Source: Marsupella aquatica (lineage: Eukaryota > Plantae > Marchantiophyta). Taken from it: a stretch of 64,000 nt of DNA. How positions within the stretch are numbered: the first letter of the stretch is position 1; every line of letters starts with the position of its first letter. The stretch covers positions 14,414,645-14,478,644 of the forward strand of contig OZ316893.1 of assembly GCA_973895155.1 (NCBI GenBank). The letters are read 5' to 3'. The position numbers and the translations under genes were made by a program. The notes under the pieces are model-generated. The model was not told the origin of the DNA. It saw only the letters and a list, made by a program, of their open reading frames with translations, and ran no database searches. Shown in pieces: positions 13,614 through 26,465 of this stretch.

Positions 13614-16074
13614 TATACTGAACAATACCTTTGTATAGTGGAAGCTGTGACTTATATTGCCAGTGTCCTCAAAGTAAAACCTGGTGGATCCAGGTCTCCA
13701 TAGTCAGTTAAAATGTTCTTTAACAAAAGAATAAAAAAGTGGGACGTGGTGGATCCAGGTCACCATCATTAGTCCAGAATGTCCTTAAACAAAATTAAAA
13801 AACTGGGCAAGAAGTGAGTATTTTGTCCTCCCACAAGTTAGGAGGGGACAGAGGAGGTTTATCATTTAAAGAAACCCTTACGAGCAAAGCCATGATTACA
13901 ACACCACTGTAGCCCAATTCAATATTAATACTAAGAGGGACTGTTCACTCCACAGACTTTTAGAATTCCTGCAATTTAGCTTCCAGATAGACTCTCACAA
14001 GTCCAAATGATGTCGTTCACTGTAATATAATGGGGAGGTCAGCGTTGCGCATGTAGGTGAGTAGGGTCAGGAATTCATGTGCTGCGATTTAGTCAGTAGT
14101 TGGGTCATGCTTCAAACACAGAAAGAGGAAAGAATCCCAACAACCCACACCATTCCTCTCCTCCCTTTTCGAAGTGTCTTCTCCTGCAAAAGTAAGGGAG
14201 CCCTCCAATCAACTGCTGAGAGACTCAGAGACAGTCGACTGAAGTCCACTGGCCTCAAATCGAGAGAGATGGATTTCTCAAACAATGCCCACATGTCCTA
14301 CGAGCAAGTGTTGAACTGGAGAGAAAGAATTGCAGATTAACTCGTAAAACGTGGGATCTGAATGATCAGAAGGAGCCTGAATTCGATTCCAGTAGAAGTC
14401 GCAGATGCAATTGAAATCGTCTTGGGAACACCTCTATTTACGCTGCACGCATTTTGCTTACTTTTCATCCGAGCTTGTTTCTTGATGTCAGCTCGACATG
14501 AGTTCCCATTCCTGAGTAAAAATTTCTGCCTCTCTTCGATCGAAACTCTACAGTAGACCAACTGAAGGGAAGGGGTACGTATCGAGTTTCGAACAAGGAG
14601 AGGGACCGAACACTGGGTAGAGCACAGATTAGACTTTTCTACCAGGAAAATAGTAGACGTACTGCGTGCTGCTTGCAAATAAGAAAGAAGGCAGAGCTAG
14701 ACACGGGGCAAGTTCGCGGCTGCCGCCAGTCTGCCAAGATTTTGGACTCAAACCCGAAATGTCAAAGCTGAAGAAGAAAAGTGCAGGGATTTGGACTGTC
14801 GACAGAGGTAGTAAGATTCTCTTGCAGAACTTACGAGCTAGCCCAGGTTTGATTCCTGCTCAGAAGCTACAGGGGCTAAGAGTCTCGCCTAGTTTGCAAA
14901 AGGGCTGCCTGCTGCCTGATGATGGATCAATGGCGACAGTGTACGCAGACATGAACATGCTAAAAAATGGAGGAAATCTCGTGAACGCGCAAGGCCGCAA
15001 GCACACAGTGAGAGCAAAACTAGCTACAGCAGTAGCCACTAAAGCCTTGGTGTAGTCAAACCTTGGCACACTTGGGTAGCCAGCTACCGCAGCTAGAGAG
15101 CAGCTAGCGAGGCAGAGAGAAAAGTGGGGAGAAAATAGAATAACTCTTCATGAGCACATTATTATTGCAGAAAGCAACAAGGTCTTGTGGAACACTACTG
15201 TAGCAGATAAGGTGAAAGCGGTGTTAAAGAGTGGGCAGTGAGACCTCAGACGATCATGCAGGGAACGTAGTAATACTGTTCCTTGTTCCAGACAGATCCA
15301 TGCAGCTTATCGTAGCTCGCCGCATGCTTCGTGCTCTACTCCTCGCCCTGCCATTTTCCCCTGCCCCGTTCTCTCCTTTGTCCCATTGATCCATCCACTC
15401 GCCCGGATGAAGCGCTTGAAAAGGAAGATGGTGGCATACTGCTGGTATGGTATTGTACACCTGCTGATGGCTTATCATGAGCAGGTGCGAACATTGCGTT
15501 TATTACTACATAATATTTATGATAGCTATTCCAGTCAACAAACGTAGTCCACGCAGCAGCAAACCAGGGTTTTGGTGGGTCCTAGCCTCCGAGCAATTTT
15601 TCGTTCGGAAGCGGAGAAGGGAGGGAGGGAGACCAGGCTGGGGACAAGGCGAATCTCTCAAAGGCTCCCTCTTGTCTGGACGGATGATATGACTTTCTGA
15701 GCAAGGCCAGCACAGTGCTTGCTGCATGCATTTTATATTACTGGAACGATGAGTCGGTAGCTTTATCAGGAGTATCTCGTCCACAGGACACAGCAGACTA
15801 CAGCAGCAGCAGCCAAGGAGAGGAGCAGAACAGGCAGGGATTGAAAGGGCAGGCACGCCAGATAATTGTGTGAGAACAACCAAGTGGAGAGAGGCTGGAG
15901 AGGTGTACGCGATTTTCGTGAATCTGGACAAACGTCTAGAATTCCAGGTACCAGCGACAGTCTGGCAACTGACTTCATGCTTGGATCTTCAAGTTGTCTT
16001 GAGACAAGTCCCTTCGTAACACGATGCCCTGGGATTCACTTCCAATCACTTCCTCCTTTCAAACTCTGCGCATC

Positions 16075-16106
16075 GATGATACTATTCCAATTGGAATAGT
16101 ATCATC
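16075..16106. repeat. Perfect 32-bp palindrome
   Basis: gatgatactattccaa|ttggaatagtatcatc is exactly self-reverse-complementary with no loop. Confidence 0.95.
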
Positions 16107-16879
16107 CCGTCCTTGGGAAACTTCGTGGGTTCCCAAGTGCCCTTGGCGGTCCTCAAAGGATCCCGTCAGCGACATTGCAGAACCCTTCTCGAAAATTGCG
16201 ACGCTGGGATCCTCGAGCACAGCTAACTTATTCATAATACTGACTCCCACTACTCCAGCTGCGCTCCCACTCTCTTCTTCCGACACTTTGTCGGTACATC
16301 TCGCGTTGCAAATGTGTCCCATTTGTAGACCCTCAACTCAGCAACAAGTCTGATTTGCTTTCGCAGCAATTCCAGAGTGGAGAAGAAAATTGGAGTAGAC
16401 CTTGCATGCTGGATCATTAGAATGCTCCGTGGACTTCCAAAACCTAGGCCGCAGCCGTTCCTGAAATGCGGGCCATCGATGGTGCCATGTTGGCCCTCAG
16501 CATTAATCGCATCCACAAATTGCCCCCGGTGACCACAATTGCACAATCTTGGTCGAGAATGTGGCTGGAAAATGCAGCGATGTGCATTTTGCTGATAAGT
16601 AAGAGTTGGATTGTTAAAAACCCACTTACTCCGCTGCCAAGCCAACTGCTTCAAAGACTTCCCATCATTGCAAAAAGCTTTTGAGTTCAGAAAAACTTGA
16701 AAAACCTTTCTGTTTATCAAATTCCGTTTTTCCACGTGAACTCAGACGAGAATCTGCATCAAATTCAAAACAATCAATAAATCTTTTCTGCACAATACTA
16801 AATCAACCCAAAAACGAAGTGAACACTTTTGAAATTGGTCTCGTTAAATGAACGGGCAGACTTAACTGATTTACTGTAC

Positions 16880-19800
16880 CTAATTTGTCCTGTTCTTCTT
16901 CTTCTTCTTCTCCTTCTCCTTCTTCAATGTCATCTGTAACTTCATCCAATAGCACTCATCATGAAAACAAGTTTACCATGAAGAATTCAAACAAGATCAT
17001 CCTAAGTACAGTAGGTATGCGAAATGGTCGGTACTATTGAAAGAGCTCAGCAATTTCCTCTACAGAATGCCATGGACCCTGCATACCAGCTTCTCCTCCC
17101 TTTGTCCCCAATTTCTTCAACCAATTTTGAACTGACCATGGACCCAGAATGGACCCTACTGCATCTGCCATGTACCCTGCAGCTGCTCTCCATCCCCTAT
17201 TTCTTCAACCAATTTTAAACGTGCTGGTTTCTTAAAAGCTTATCTTTGCCCTGGCAGACCCAGCGCTGGGAGAAGGTCTGCAAACGAAAACACGGCCTTG
17301 TTTCTCTGCTTAAGTATTTGGTCAGAGCTGTTTTGAGTGCTGGTGGTACACCCTCCAATAGATTCGGTTAGGCCTATCAATACCCAGCCTTAATAAATCT
17401 AACAGACAAAACGATTGCTCGGATCTTGCTTCCAAGACGTGGACACTCTCTTGTGCTCCACACAATCCACATGTGCACTAACAAGACTATAAAGTGAATG
17501 CTTACCTTAAATTTGGAGATGTCCATGATAGTTTCAGTCATCTTGAGTAAGGGAGTATTCTTCCATGACGCTTCCCACTTCTTCCACTGCTGCTTCCTGC
17601 TTTTGTATCATAACGATTTTCAGAACTTATCGTAATGTTTGGTTAAACATGCTTCACTTCGATGCACTGTCTTTCCTCCTTTTCGAGAATGTCGAATTTT
17701 CGATTCCAGGTTTTGTGGAATGAAGTGTGAGGCATCGCCCTCTTTGAATGGGCGAGAAAAGCTGTCTTCGCTACGCTGCAGTCGATCTAAATATGATGAC
17801 GGCATTTTAACTAGTGATGCTAAGTGTTGGGATTAGAGCAAACCAGTGGGATGGATAGGCATGACTTAACAAACTTATTGTAAAATTAGTGGTGGCCAGT
17901 GATTCAAACTTTCAAGACGTCTTTTCATTGGACTCGTCTTTGGAACGCAGAAACGTCGTCCGCAGAATGATGAAAAAGCATGTTCCACTCATACTCCAGG
18001 TATATAGCACTGAATATCATGTCAAATCTAGAAACAAGTGTCTGACAGGATAGGAGAGATTCAAAGCCAACGGAGGAACGTATCCCATCCGAACTGCCTC
18101 TCTACCAGCCAGTCCACAAGCCTGAACTTCGTCAATTGCAAGGCCATACTTTTTGACGAGATGTGTAAATCGTTACCTAGAAATATCAAGGATTCGAGCT
18201 TGAATTCGAAATTCGCTTGAATTCGAAATTCTCCAACCTCCATTCCATAGAAATTTATTCATGAGTAATCCGAGGTCCCAAGTATCAAAACAATGAGCTC
18301 TGCATGATGTCATGAAAGAGCATGAAAGATTTTGAAGAGAGGCCATTATTCGGAAAGTTTCCAAACCTACCTCAAATTCCACGCGCTGACCATGCATAAG
18401 TGCTGCACTGCAACAACCAAAGAGGCATCTCCATAAACACGCAGCAATAACACAAACGGGCTGTGCCAAGCAGACTCTGTTATACTTAACCCCTAGTCTA
18501 AAGGTGGCTGGTGCTGCATATGGCACGACTACATCATCAATTCTTGTACTGCGTAGACGTGGCAATACAACATCATGATCTCTGAATCCTGATGCTGGTA
18601 TAGGATGGGGCGGGATGAGATCATCTACGGAGAAACACGTATTATGCAGTTTTAGGCCAGATACAAAGAAGGTATATAAATATAAGGAACGCCAGTACAG
18701 ACCATTTGATATGAGGTCAAAACAAGGTCTGAGAGAAGAATCGCTTCAAAGCATTACGGAATGATGGACGACATAAATGCTCCCATCTGCGAGTGCTGCG
18801 ATTCGCATTTGAACATTAACGATTGCCCCCTCAGCAATCGACAAGGCTGCACTGGCTGCAAGGTTCATGAATGTAACTCCACTCTGATCTTGATTGGTTG
18901 CAGCAGGAACAAAATTCAAGTAATTCTTCTGCAATTTGCACCAGCAATCTTTCAAGTTTGAATCAAGTTTATTTCTGGAAATGTTGGATTTGTCTTAGCA
19001 TGATGTTGTAACCGACTGGAATGCTTAGATTAGTATTTGTTTACCACGCCCCGCTACCAGCAAGACGATCTTCATTGACAATGAGCAGCGACAGCTTCTT
19101 TCCGCCAAACCGTTACTTCTAGTCACGAAAATGTTCATTTTCTAAACGAGCATGCAGATACTAGCCAGCAAACCTTAGCATCCCACAACTGACTCTGACC
19201 CCGTTCTACGTAGTTGATCGACATGTTCATCCATCCATCAGGCGACCTCCATGAAATCCTAGCAACCTGCAAGCAATATTATGAAAATACACGCAAGCAA
19301 ATAGAGAAGGTGATTTCCTCAAACAATTTAAGGCAAGAAAAGAAGGAAAACATTGCACCAATCTCAGACATACTTTTTAGCAGCTGAAATGGTGAGATTT
19401 CTTCATCCTTGGAGCTAGCAAGCAATTCTTCATCCTTGGAGCTAGCAAGCAATCTAGAGTGTACTTCTGCAAACTTCAACGTTCGTGTCTGAAGACTCAC
19501 GTATTGAAATTGTTATGATGCCAATGAGCATATCCCCATTTGTACGCTCTGCTATATCCTTCAGTGTTACCTGAACAGCCCACAACTCTAATCCTTAAGA
19601 CGTGCCAAGAAAAACCAAAGGAGGAAATCCATCACAGGGACATTTGACCCTGCAGTTTTGACTGGTGATGCTGCACGGGAGATGGGCAATACTAGTCAGT
19701 TGAACCAGTGGTAGAGGTAGAAACACAATTACCGAAATGCCCCAATGCAAAGAATTTTTAATGCATACAAAATAGAAACTATGAATAGCTGTCACAGAGA

Positions 19801-20750
19801 GCAAACTTTCGTTTCCATGTACTATTGAGTAGTACATGTTGGATCGCCCAATGCCTTCGGGAGAAGATTTGGCAGGACCTTTCTGAGCCTGCTTTGGCTT
19901 GGTCTAAGAATTATGGCAGAAAGCCCATCTTCTGTGAGAAACTTCACATGCAGAGAAGACGAGGGAATTAGAAGAATGAGTGTTTCTTCGTCACAAACTT
20001 GTTTTTGAGGACATCGAAGAAGTCATCGAAGAATACTCAATAGTCAACTCGGAAGCAGGAACCGTGACAACCCTCTCATAATGTCCTCTCATCGATGGTG
20101 GAAGCTCGCCACTGCCACCCCCTCCCCCTCTCCCCGTGCCTCTCCCAGACGACTGCTTATCATCGTCTGGTGTCAATCATCTTGCCTTCTCACAGCTGCC
20201 AATGTGGTCTTGGATTTTTCTCAGGGCTTTTGACGGCTGCATTGCTTGGAGTTGTCCCTCTACCCTGCCAATCCATTGAGGCGTTTTGAATGTCCCTTCT
20301 TCTGCTTCCTCCTCTTCCGTCATTGCGGTTTTTCCCCTCCCCCTCCCTCTTGCTAGAGTCTCAGCAGTAGGCTCATCTTCCTAGATTTCTTCCTCGCTCT
20401 CTTCCTCAACCACCCTTGCACGTGCTCGAGACGGAGTCTTGCTTTCCTTCTTTTCGGGGTGGATCTCACAATTTGCCAGGGCTGTGGATTTCCTCCTCTT
20501 GGATTGAGCAATTTCTTCATTCGCTGCTAGTACCAAACGAGGCTTGTTCGGAGATAGTTTTTCTTCTTTGGAGACCAAATTCTCGACGCCCTGATCGTTC
20601 GTAAGTTTCCCACTATCCTGATTTTTCTATCCAGCTTCAATTTGGTCATTGGCAGGTTTCCCGTCAGCGCCGTTGCCACCAGCGACGAACTTATTCTTTT
20701 AGTTTCCTTGTACCACTTTCGAAGAAAACTTGTTAGCTATTAGCTATTAG
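16880..20750 (-). pseudogene. RFC1: Replication factor C subunit 1 pseudogene (intron-containing, internally deleted)
   Basis: Minus-strand fragments follow the order of plant RFC1: LRKWY (~20715); GRGTGRGGGG (~20130); BRCT end VKFLTEDGL (~19935); LKDIAERTNGD..QFQYVSLQTRTLKFAEVHSRLLASSKDEEISPF (19390-19570); LLGFHGGRL..MDE (~19250); QKNYLNFVP..MNLAASAALSIAEGAIVNVQMR (18800-18930); AALMHGQR (~18400); EAAVEEVGSVMEEYSLTQDD*ETIMDISKFK|gtaag (17505-17600); NLLEGVPPALKTALTK (~17320-17365); acidic tail (~16900). Many stops and frameshifts. Comparison is from my recollection of Arabidopsis RFC1. Confidence 0.85.
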
Positions 20751-21982
20751 ATGTCGCATCCGCCTTATTTATCTGTACTTCGTTTGGTGACTTCAAGCGA
20801 GAATTTCCGCATCATCAAGTACCCGTAAAAGAACCAACATCAGACGACCACGAATCCATTCCATCTATTCAATGAAGGAAGAAAAGCCCTCTCTTCTAAC
20901 ATTTAAACGGTGATTTCCACAGAGGAGATGCATACGAAGTGCATTGCAACTCCCCCAATACTTTTAAAATTAAGACGACTGAGCGGCTCAAAAATGTACA
21001 GACATACTCTGGACAGTCGAGAGTCTCTCACACACAGACTCCAGGCTCTCAAAATTGCAAGACCGGACGAACAGAATAAAATTCGAAAGTGGCAAACAGA
21101 CGAAACGGTGAGCAATGAATAATCGTCAGAGAAATTCCAGACCCATCCTTGGAATTTGACTATTTGGCAAAAAACATTGAAACCCCCCCAAAATCCCCAA
21201 AAGTAGAGTACTCGAACATACCGCTGGCACTGTATCAACTTTCTCAGGATCTTTCCTCAATTTATCGTGGTCCGGTTTCTTTCAGCAACCTCTCCTGGTA
21301 TCGACCTGGGCAGTGATCCTGGCAGCTCCACACTCTTTTCTTCAAGTGCGTCTCATTTACACAATGTGCACGATCGAGACGCCTAGTAGAGGCACAGAGC
21401 TAGGAGCCAATGTCAATGTTCCGATCTACATTCCAGTGGATCTGTAACCCGAGACCCTAGCTGAGACAGAGAACCAGCCTTTCAAGCAAATCGTGTTCTG
21501 CATCCCGGAGACGAAAGAAAACAAGTCCCCATGACTTGATTCTAGGATAGCATTCGGCAGAAAGCCTACACTAGACACACCATCAGAAAGATTGGAGAAT
21601 TCCGATCAGGAAATGGAAGTAGCTGATTACGTGGGTCTTTCAAACTGATCCATGATGCAGGATCTTGCTTGTTTGACACATCTGCGACACAACTCGACGA
21701 TTTCTGTTTCATTCCATCAACGCAGGGTTTTGTGGGTGTGAGTTTAAATTTGCATTTTGCTCTTCTTCATTCAGAATCTTTGCTCCAAGTGAAAACCAAC
21801 CTTTGAATTTTTATGGAGGGTGCCTCGACTTCCCAAAGTTTGACCCACATGGATGGCGATGTGAAATGTTGAATGAACCCGGAAGATGCATTCGAACTGG
21901 ACGGATCGTCTATTTATACTTTGAAGATTTGAGTTCTACATACCAATTCTGTAAGGGGTATTACAATAACCTTTTCCCTGTT

Positions 21983-22280
21983 GTCAAAGAAAGGTGACGG
22001 TGCACCAAATATATTCAATAATGACAACCGAAAACCAGCCAAGGCAGACAAAACAACACCCCACGGGCCAAAGGAAAGAATGACAGAAACATAGTAAGAG
22101 CTTTCCCATTCTCCAAACAAGTTTTTGGATCCCGAGTGAGCCCTGCAAAATTAAACCCTTGAGCCCGGACCCCCAGAAGTTGTCGCCCGTGCACCAGACT
22201 TTGGGTTTAGGGTTTAGGGTGCACAGGAGGGTTGTGGGCCCACCCTCGCTAAACCCTACAGGCGGCACGGATGAACCCAT
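21983..22280 (-). mobile_element. LINE/SINE 3'-end fragment related to the element at 45530-46817
   Basis: tcaaagaaaggtgacg...tattcaa..a..gaaaaccagc aligns by eye with tcaagggaaagcgacg...tattcaacga..gagaaccagc at 45543-45604, and has the same CA-rich composition. Confidence 0.45.
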
Positions 22281-23049
22281 TGTGAGACATCTATATGGTA
22301 GCGGTGCAAATAGAATTGACAGAAGACCATTGTAGTAGATTGCATCCTGCATATTGGTGGGAAGGCTGACCGGATGAAGTCAGCCGCAGATGAGCTGATC
22401 CACCATTCAACTTGCTACTCACGCATTTACTGAGTGGTGAAGGGCTTGACCGGTAGCAATGCTCTAAGTACAGTTGTCTCTCTCTAGTGCACACTCTCGG
22501 GAAGAAGCCTGGGCCTTGCACTACATGATAAGTGCACTACTCCGACTTTGTCACTTATCAATGCCATGACACTGATTAGTAGGGCGTCTCAAATGTGACG
22601 TCCCAAAACTTGCATCCAGACTCCTGCCCTCCAAAAACCAGGTCCGAAAAGGTGGTCACGTCCACGTTCTCGGAAAACATAAGTGCAAGGGGACGTCGTT
22701 TTGAGTGGGGCCCATGGTCCACTCTAACTTGGGTTACGCCTCCAACTCATGGCATGGTGGTTTAAAGCACTGCCCGCTGCTAAATTTAGAAAACTTTTCA
22801 CTCACTCAACAACTCTTAACACGTTGCACTCCGCCTGATAGACACATTTTGAAGACCCCGCACTCCGCTCCATGATCATATGTATTCCCGCTCCCAGTTG
22901 CAGCGTTATCTGCAAAAGGCAAAGACTACATCGAGAGCAACAAGGACAATTCAATTTTGTCTCATGCTCAATATTCAATTCTGGGAAGACTCCACTCACA
23001 GGTGACAGATTTTTTGCTTCAATTTCAGCGTTTAGACACAAGGATAGAC

Positions 23050-24418
23050 ATGGTTTCTCCTCATAAAGTTCAGGCTTGTGGTGGTGATAATTGTAAGCTC
23101 ATTGCTGATCACCTCTCCAAGATCGTGGACTGGCTGGAGGTGCCTGATAACTTTGCGATGTTGAATGGCTCCAGCCCGAGGCTGCCCGTAGGGACAAGGC
23201 ATCCCTCTAAGAAAACAGTCTTCCGAATTATGCTTGTTGTTTTGCATACGAAGGGGTTAGCGAAGTTTGTGTCCACAAGAGAGAATCTAGGGAAAAGGTT
23301 CAATCGATATGTCAAAAAATACTAGGAGGCCCTGGCCATGAAACAAGACTTGGGAGCTGGTCTCAGATTAGCTGAGCTTAGACTGGGTATCACCTTGGAG
23401 GATATACTTGAGAAAATCTGTCCGCACTTTGAAAGGACACATTGCTTGTATGGAGAGACGGCCAATGTCTCTCCTCCAAGCACAACTTTGACTGGATGGC
23501 CTGGGTACCCAGAATTGTATGTCGACCCTGGCTCTGATGAGGATGATCAGGGTGACATAAAGAGACCTCAAGACCATGAGAATGGGTAGGAGCATAGAGG
23601 TGTTCATCTATCCTTCAAATGTTGCACATTTTCAAAGCTTCCAGTTTGTTGTGATATCTCTTGGGATTTTTTGTGGATTCTGAGAACGATTTTTGTGGCA
23701 ATTTTTTCCAATTGCAGATTTGGGTGATGAAGGAGACAAATCTCAGTTTGATTTTGAGACTATATTAGGTGGGGATGACAATGAAATCAAGATGGAGGCA
23801 CAACCAGAAGCCAGTCAAGCCACAAAGGAGGTCTTACCGTCTCAACCAGCCCCAACTGCACCTGCCCATACCAACCCAACTACTGTCGATGGCCAAGCAT
23901 CGCGACCTACGTGTACTCAGGATCCAACAAGAGATAGAGGCAACCAGGGTAGACGACATTCCAAGAGGCCTGTTGCATCACAAGTCACATCTCGACCAAA
24001 TTTGGCAGAGATTTATATGGAGAAGTTCTCTGACAAAAGTCTCTACAGGCAGCAGATGATTGGAATGAAAGACAAATGGAGGACGCAAGAGTTGGCAGAC
24101 AGAAGAGAAGCTAAGGATGCCTTAGCCTTGCGGGCTCGTGAGAGAGACAAGCTCCAACAAAAACATGAAGCGAAAAGGGCCCGAGTGGAACAACAAAATC
24201 AGCTTGCTTTGCTCCAGGCTCAACGGACAACCTCCTTATTGACTGAGCTATTCAAATCCAATAGAAGCCAGGAGGAGATGTGCTCCTTATTGACGCTCAT
24301 CCCAGGACCTGCATCTAATTTGCCAAATCCATCTCCAACTCCATCTCCTGGAGTAAATTCAGGTCGTGGTGGACATTTTAGGACACCAACCAATTCTAAG
24401 ATGGTTGACTTAGACTAG
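23050..24418 (+). pseudogene. Harbinger accessory ORF1 (Myb/SANT-like DNA-binding protein), disrupted
   Basis: IVDWLEVPDNF...KRFNRYVKKY*EALAMKQDLGAGL...LEKICPHFERTHCLYGETANVSP, followed by an acidic linker and a coiled-coil C-terminus. In-frame TAG at 23323-23325 and a probable intron at ~23586-23717. The call rests on position next to the transposase and on motif style. Confidence 0.6.
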
Positions 24419-25243
24419 GTAAAACATTGTGAGACATGTGAGCCTTTTTTTTACGAGAAAATTAGTGGAGTTCATTCAATCCACTCTGTATTGCATGTTA
24501 GCACATTTATAAAGTGCCAATTATTTATATTTCTGAATTGCTTGTAATGGAAAATTTTTCAGAAAGTGCCATTGTCATCTCTGTTTGACTTACTTGCAAT
24601 CGATAGATTTTATAAAGTGTCAATTTCCATTTCTGTAAGTGCATACAATAAACATATTCTGCCAAACTCTCCATTATTCAGCAACCCTATACTGTAATTG
24701 TATAGAAAATTCACCAACAACATTAATATACAGTTTCACAATGCACTAACAGTCGTAACAGCAATGGGAGTGCAAAATCATAAAAAAAATTGAAGGCTTA
24801 TTCTCATTCCAAAATGTGGCCACATTGGCGCAAAATCCAGGTACAAGCCTTCCAGGCAAATCACATATATTGTTTCCTAAATCCTGGCAGTAATTGTAGT
24901 TGATCCATATTAGCCAAGTCTGAATTTGTCTTGCAAAATGAATATGGCCATTACTGCTGAAAGTAATCCACTACCCACTATTGCCGAATGTAATTCACTA
25001 TTGACTAGAGGACCATAAAAACCTCCCATGTCATTTGTTGAATGCCAAAGCCTCATCCATTACTCGTACTAACAAAGCATTTCCCGTTGCTACAATCCCT
25101 CGCCTTGAAACTTGCCCAGCGCGTCCAGCAGCCCCTACCTCCTTGTTGGGTAGGACCTTTGGCAAGTTTCCTCATCATCTACTGTCCACTCATCATTTTG
25201 ACTCATTACATAATTGTGTAGTTTACCACATATTGTAACCCAC

Positions 25244-26465
25244 CTAACCATCCAAACATTGTCTTTCTTTTGATTCAAATTGAACTCTTATCTCCCCCAA
25301 AGAATGCCACCGTGACTTTAGAACGCCAATGTAATGCTTGTTTGTAACACGACACTTGGCAACACATGTGTTGAAAATCTTCTTTATCAAGTACCGTGTC
25401 TGGCCTCTTAAACGCACAAACAACATGAGGCAATGCCTGTAGGTACCCGGAGTCACCCACAATATATTGTCCATCATCAAAAAGCAGATTGCCATAGAGG
25501 GGACCGCCTTAGGCAAGTTAGGTTTGAGCATGATCCTGGCATCCTTGCAATTGGGGAAAATAAAGGACACATAATTCAGATGATGCAAATCCAAGCAAAC
25601 GGCTTCACATCTCGAGGATACTGCAATGTAAGGAAGGGGAGGAATCACTTGACATGTGGACATAAAAATAATCGTTCTCTGGTGATCACAAACCACCTCG
25701 CATTCACATAGTAGTTCCACTTGCGATCATAGTAGCACTCTGGGTGCCTTAGGCCGTTGTGCTAATGGAAGGCGAGATCCATCTATGAGGCCAACACAAC
25801 CAGGAAATCCATGCTTTGCAAATTCCTCATTAAGCAAGTAACGATGAGATCTGGTAGGCCATGAAATCTGGTCTGCTAGCACACTTTCCAGTGTCTTAAA
25901 ACATTGGCTGGAAAAGTTTATCAAACTCCCATTGCTTACGCCCCAAGTAGGAATCATGTGGTTTAAGCCCCCATTCCCTTCATGTCCAAGTCGGACCAAG
26001 CAAACAGCCAATTGACAAACAATAGGTGACTGATTGTAGTTTGAATTGTTCTGAAAGACTCTCTGAGGCACAATCAAGTCCACCAAATGAAAAAAAAGAG
26101 TTCTTGCTCATCCTTGTGAGCTGCCGAAACAACCGGTCAGGCAAATTATGGAAACATTGTGGTGCAAATTCATTGGATTTGGTTGTAACATGGCGAGGCA
26201 CAAAATACCGTGTATTGTACAAGACAAAATATAATTCAAAGAGGTCAGTTGGGTTAGCCTCAAACTCCCCTTGGTCTTCTCCTCTATCTGAGTCTAATGA
26301 GGAATCTAGGGGAAACATGTTGTCATCCTTTGTATCTGTGTTGAAATTGGTGATGTCAATTGACTCGAGTGATCCAAGACTGTTGTTTATGGAGTCCACA
26401 TCAGAGTCACTACACAAACTCTCAAGAGCAATATTGAATTCAAGGTTTTGTTTAACCACTCTCAA
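25244..26465 (-). pseudogene. PIF/Harbinger (HARBI1/DDE_Tnp_4-like) transposase, frameshifted
   Basis: Motifs spread across several frames: FRQLTRMSKNSF, QLAVCLVRLG, GFPGCVGLIDG, EVVCDHQR, GDSGY, FNTCVAKCRVTNKHYIGVLKSRWHSL. Confidence 0.9.

Noticed and set aside
14557-14577. actgaaggga as a miR319/159-like sequence
   Set aside because: Only a 10-nt match, and no complementary arm was seen.
22203-22219. GGG(TTTAGGG)2 as an interstitial telomere or healed break
   Set aside because: Only about two units, within a probable retroelement fragment; too short to support.
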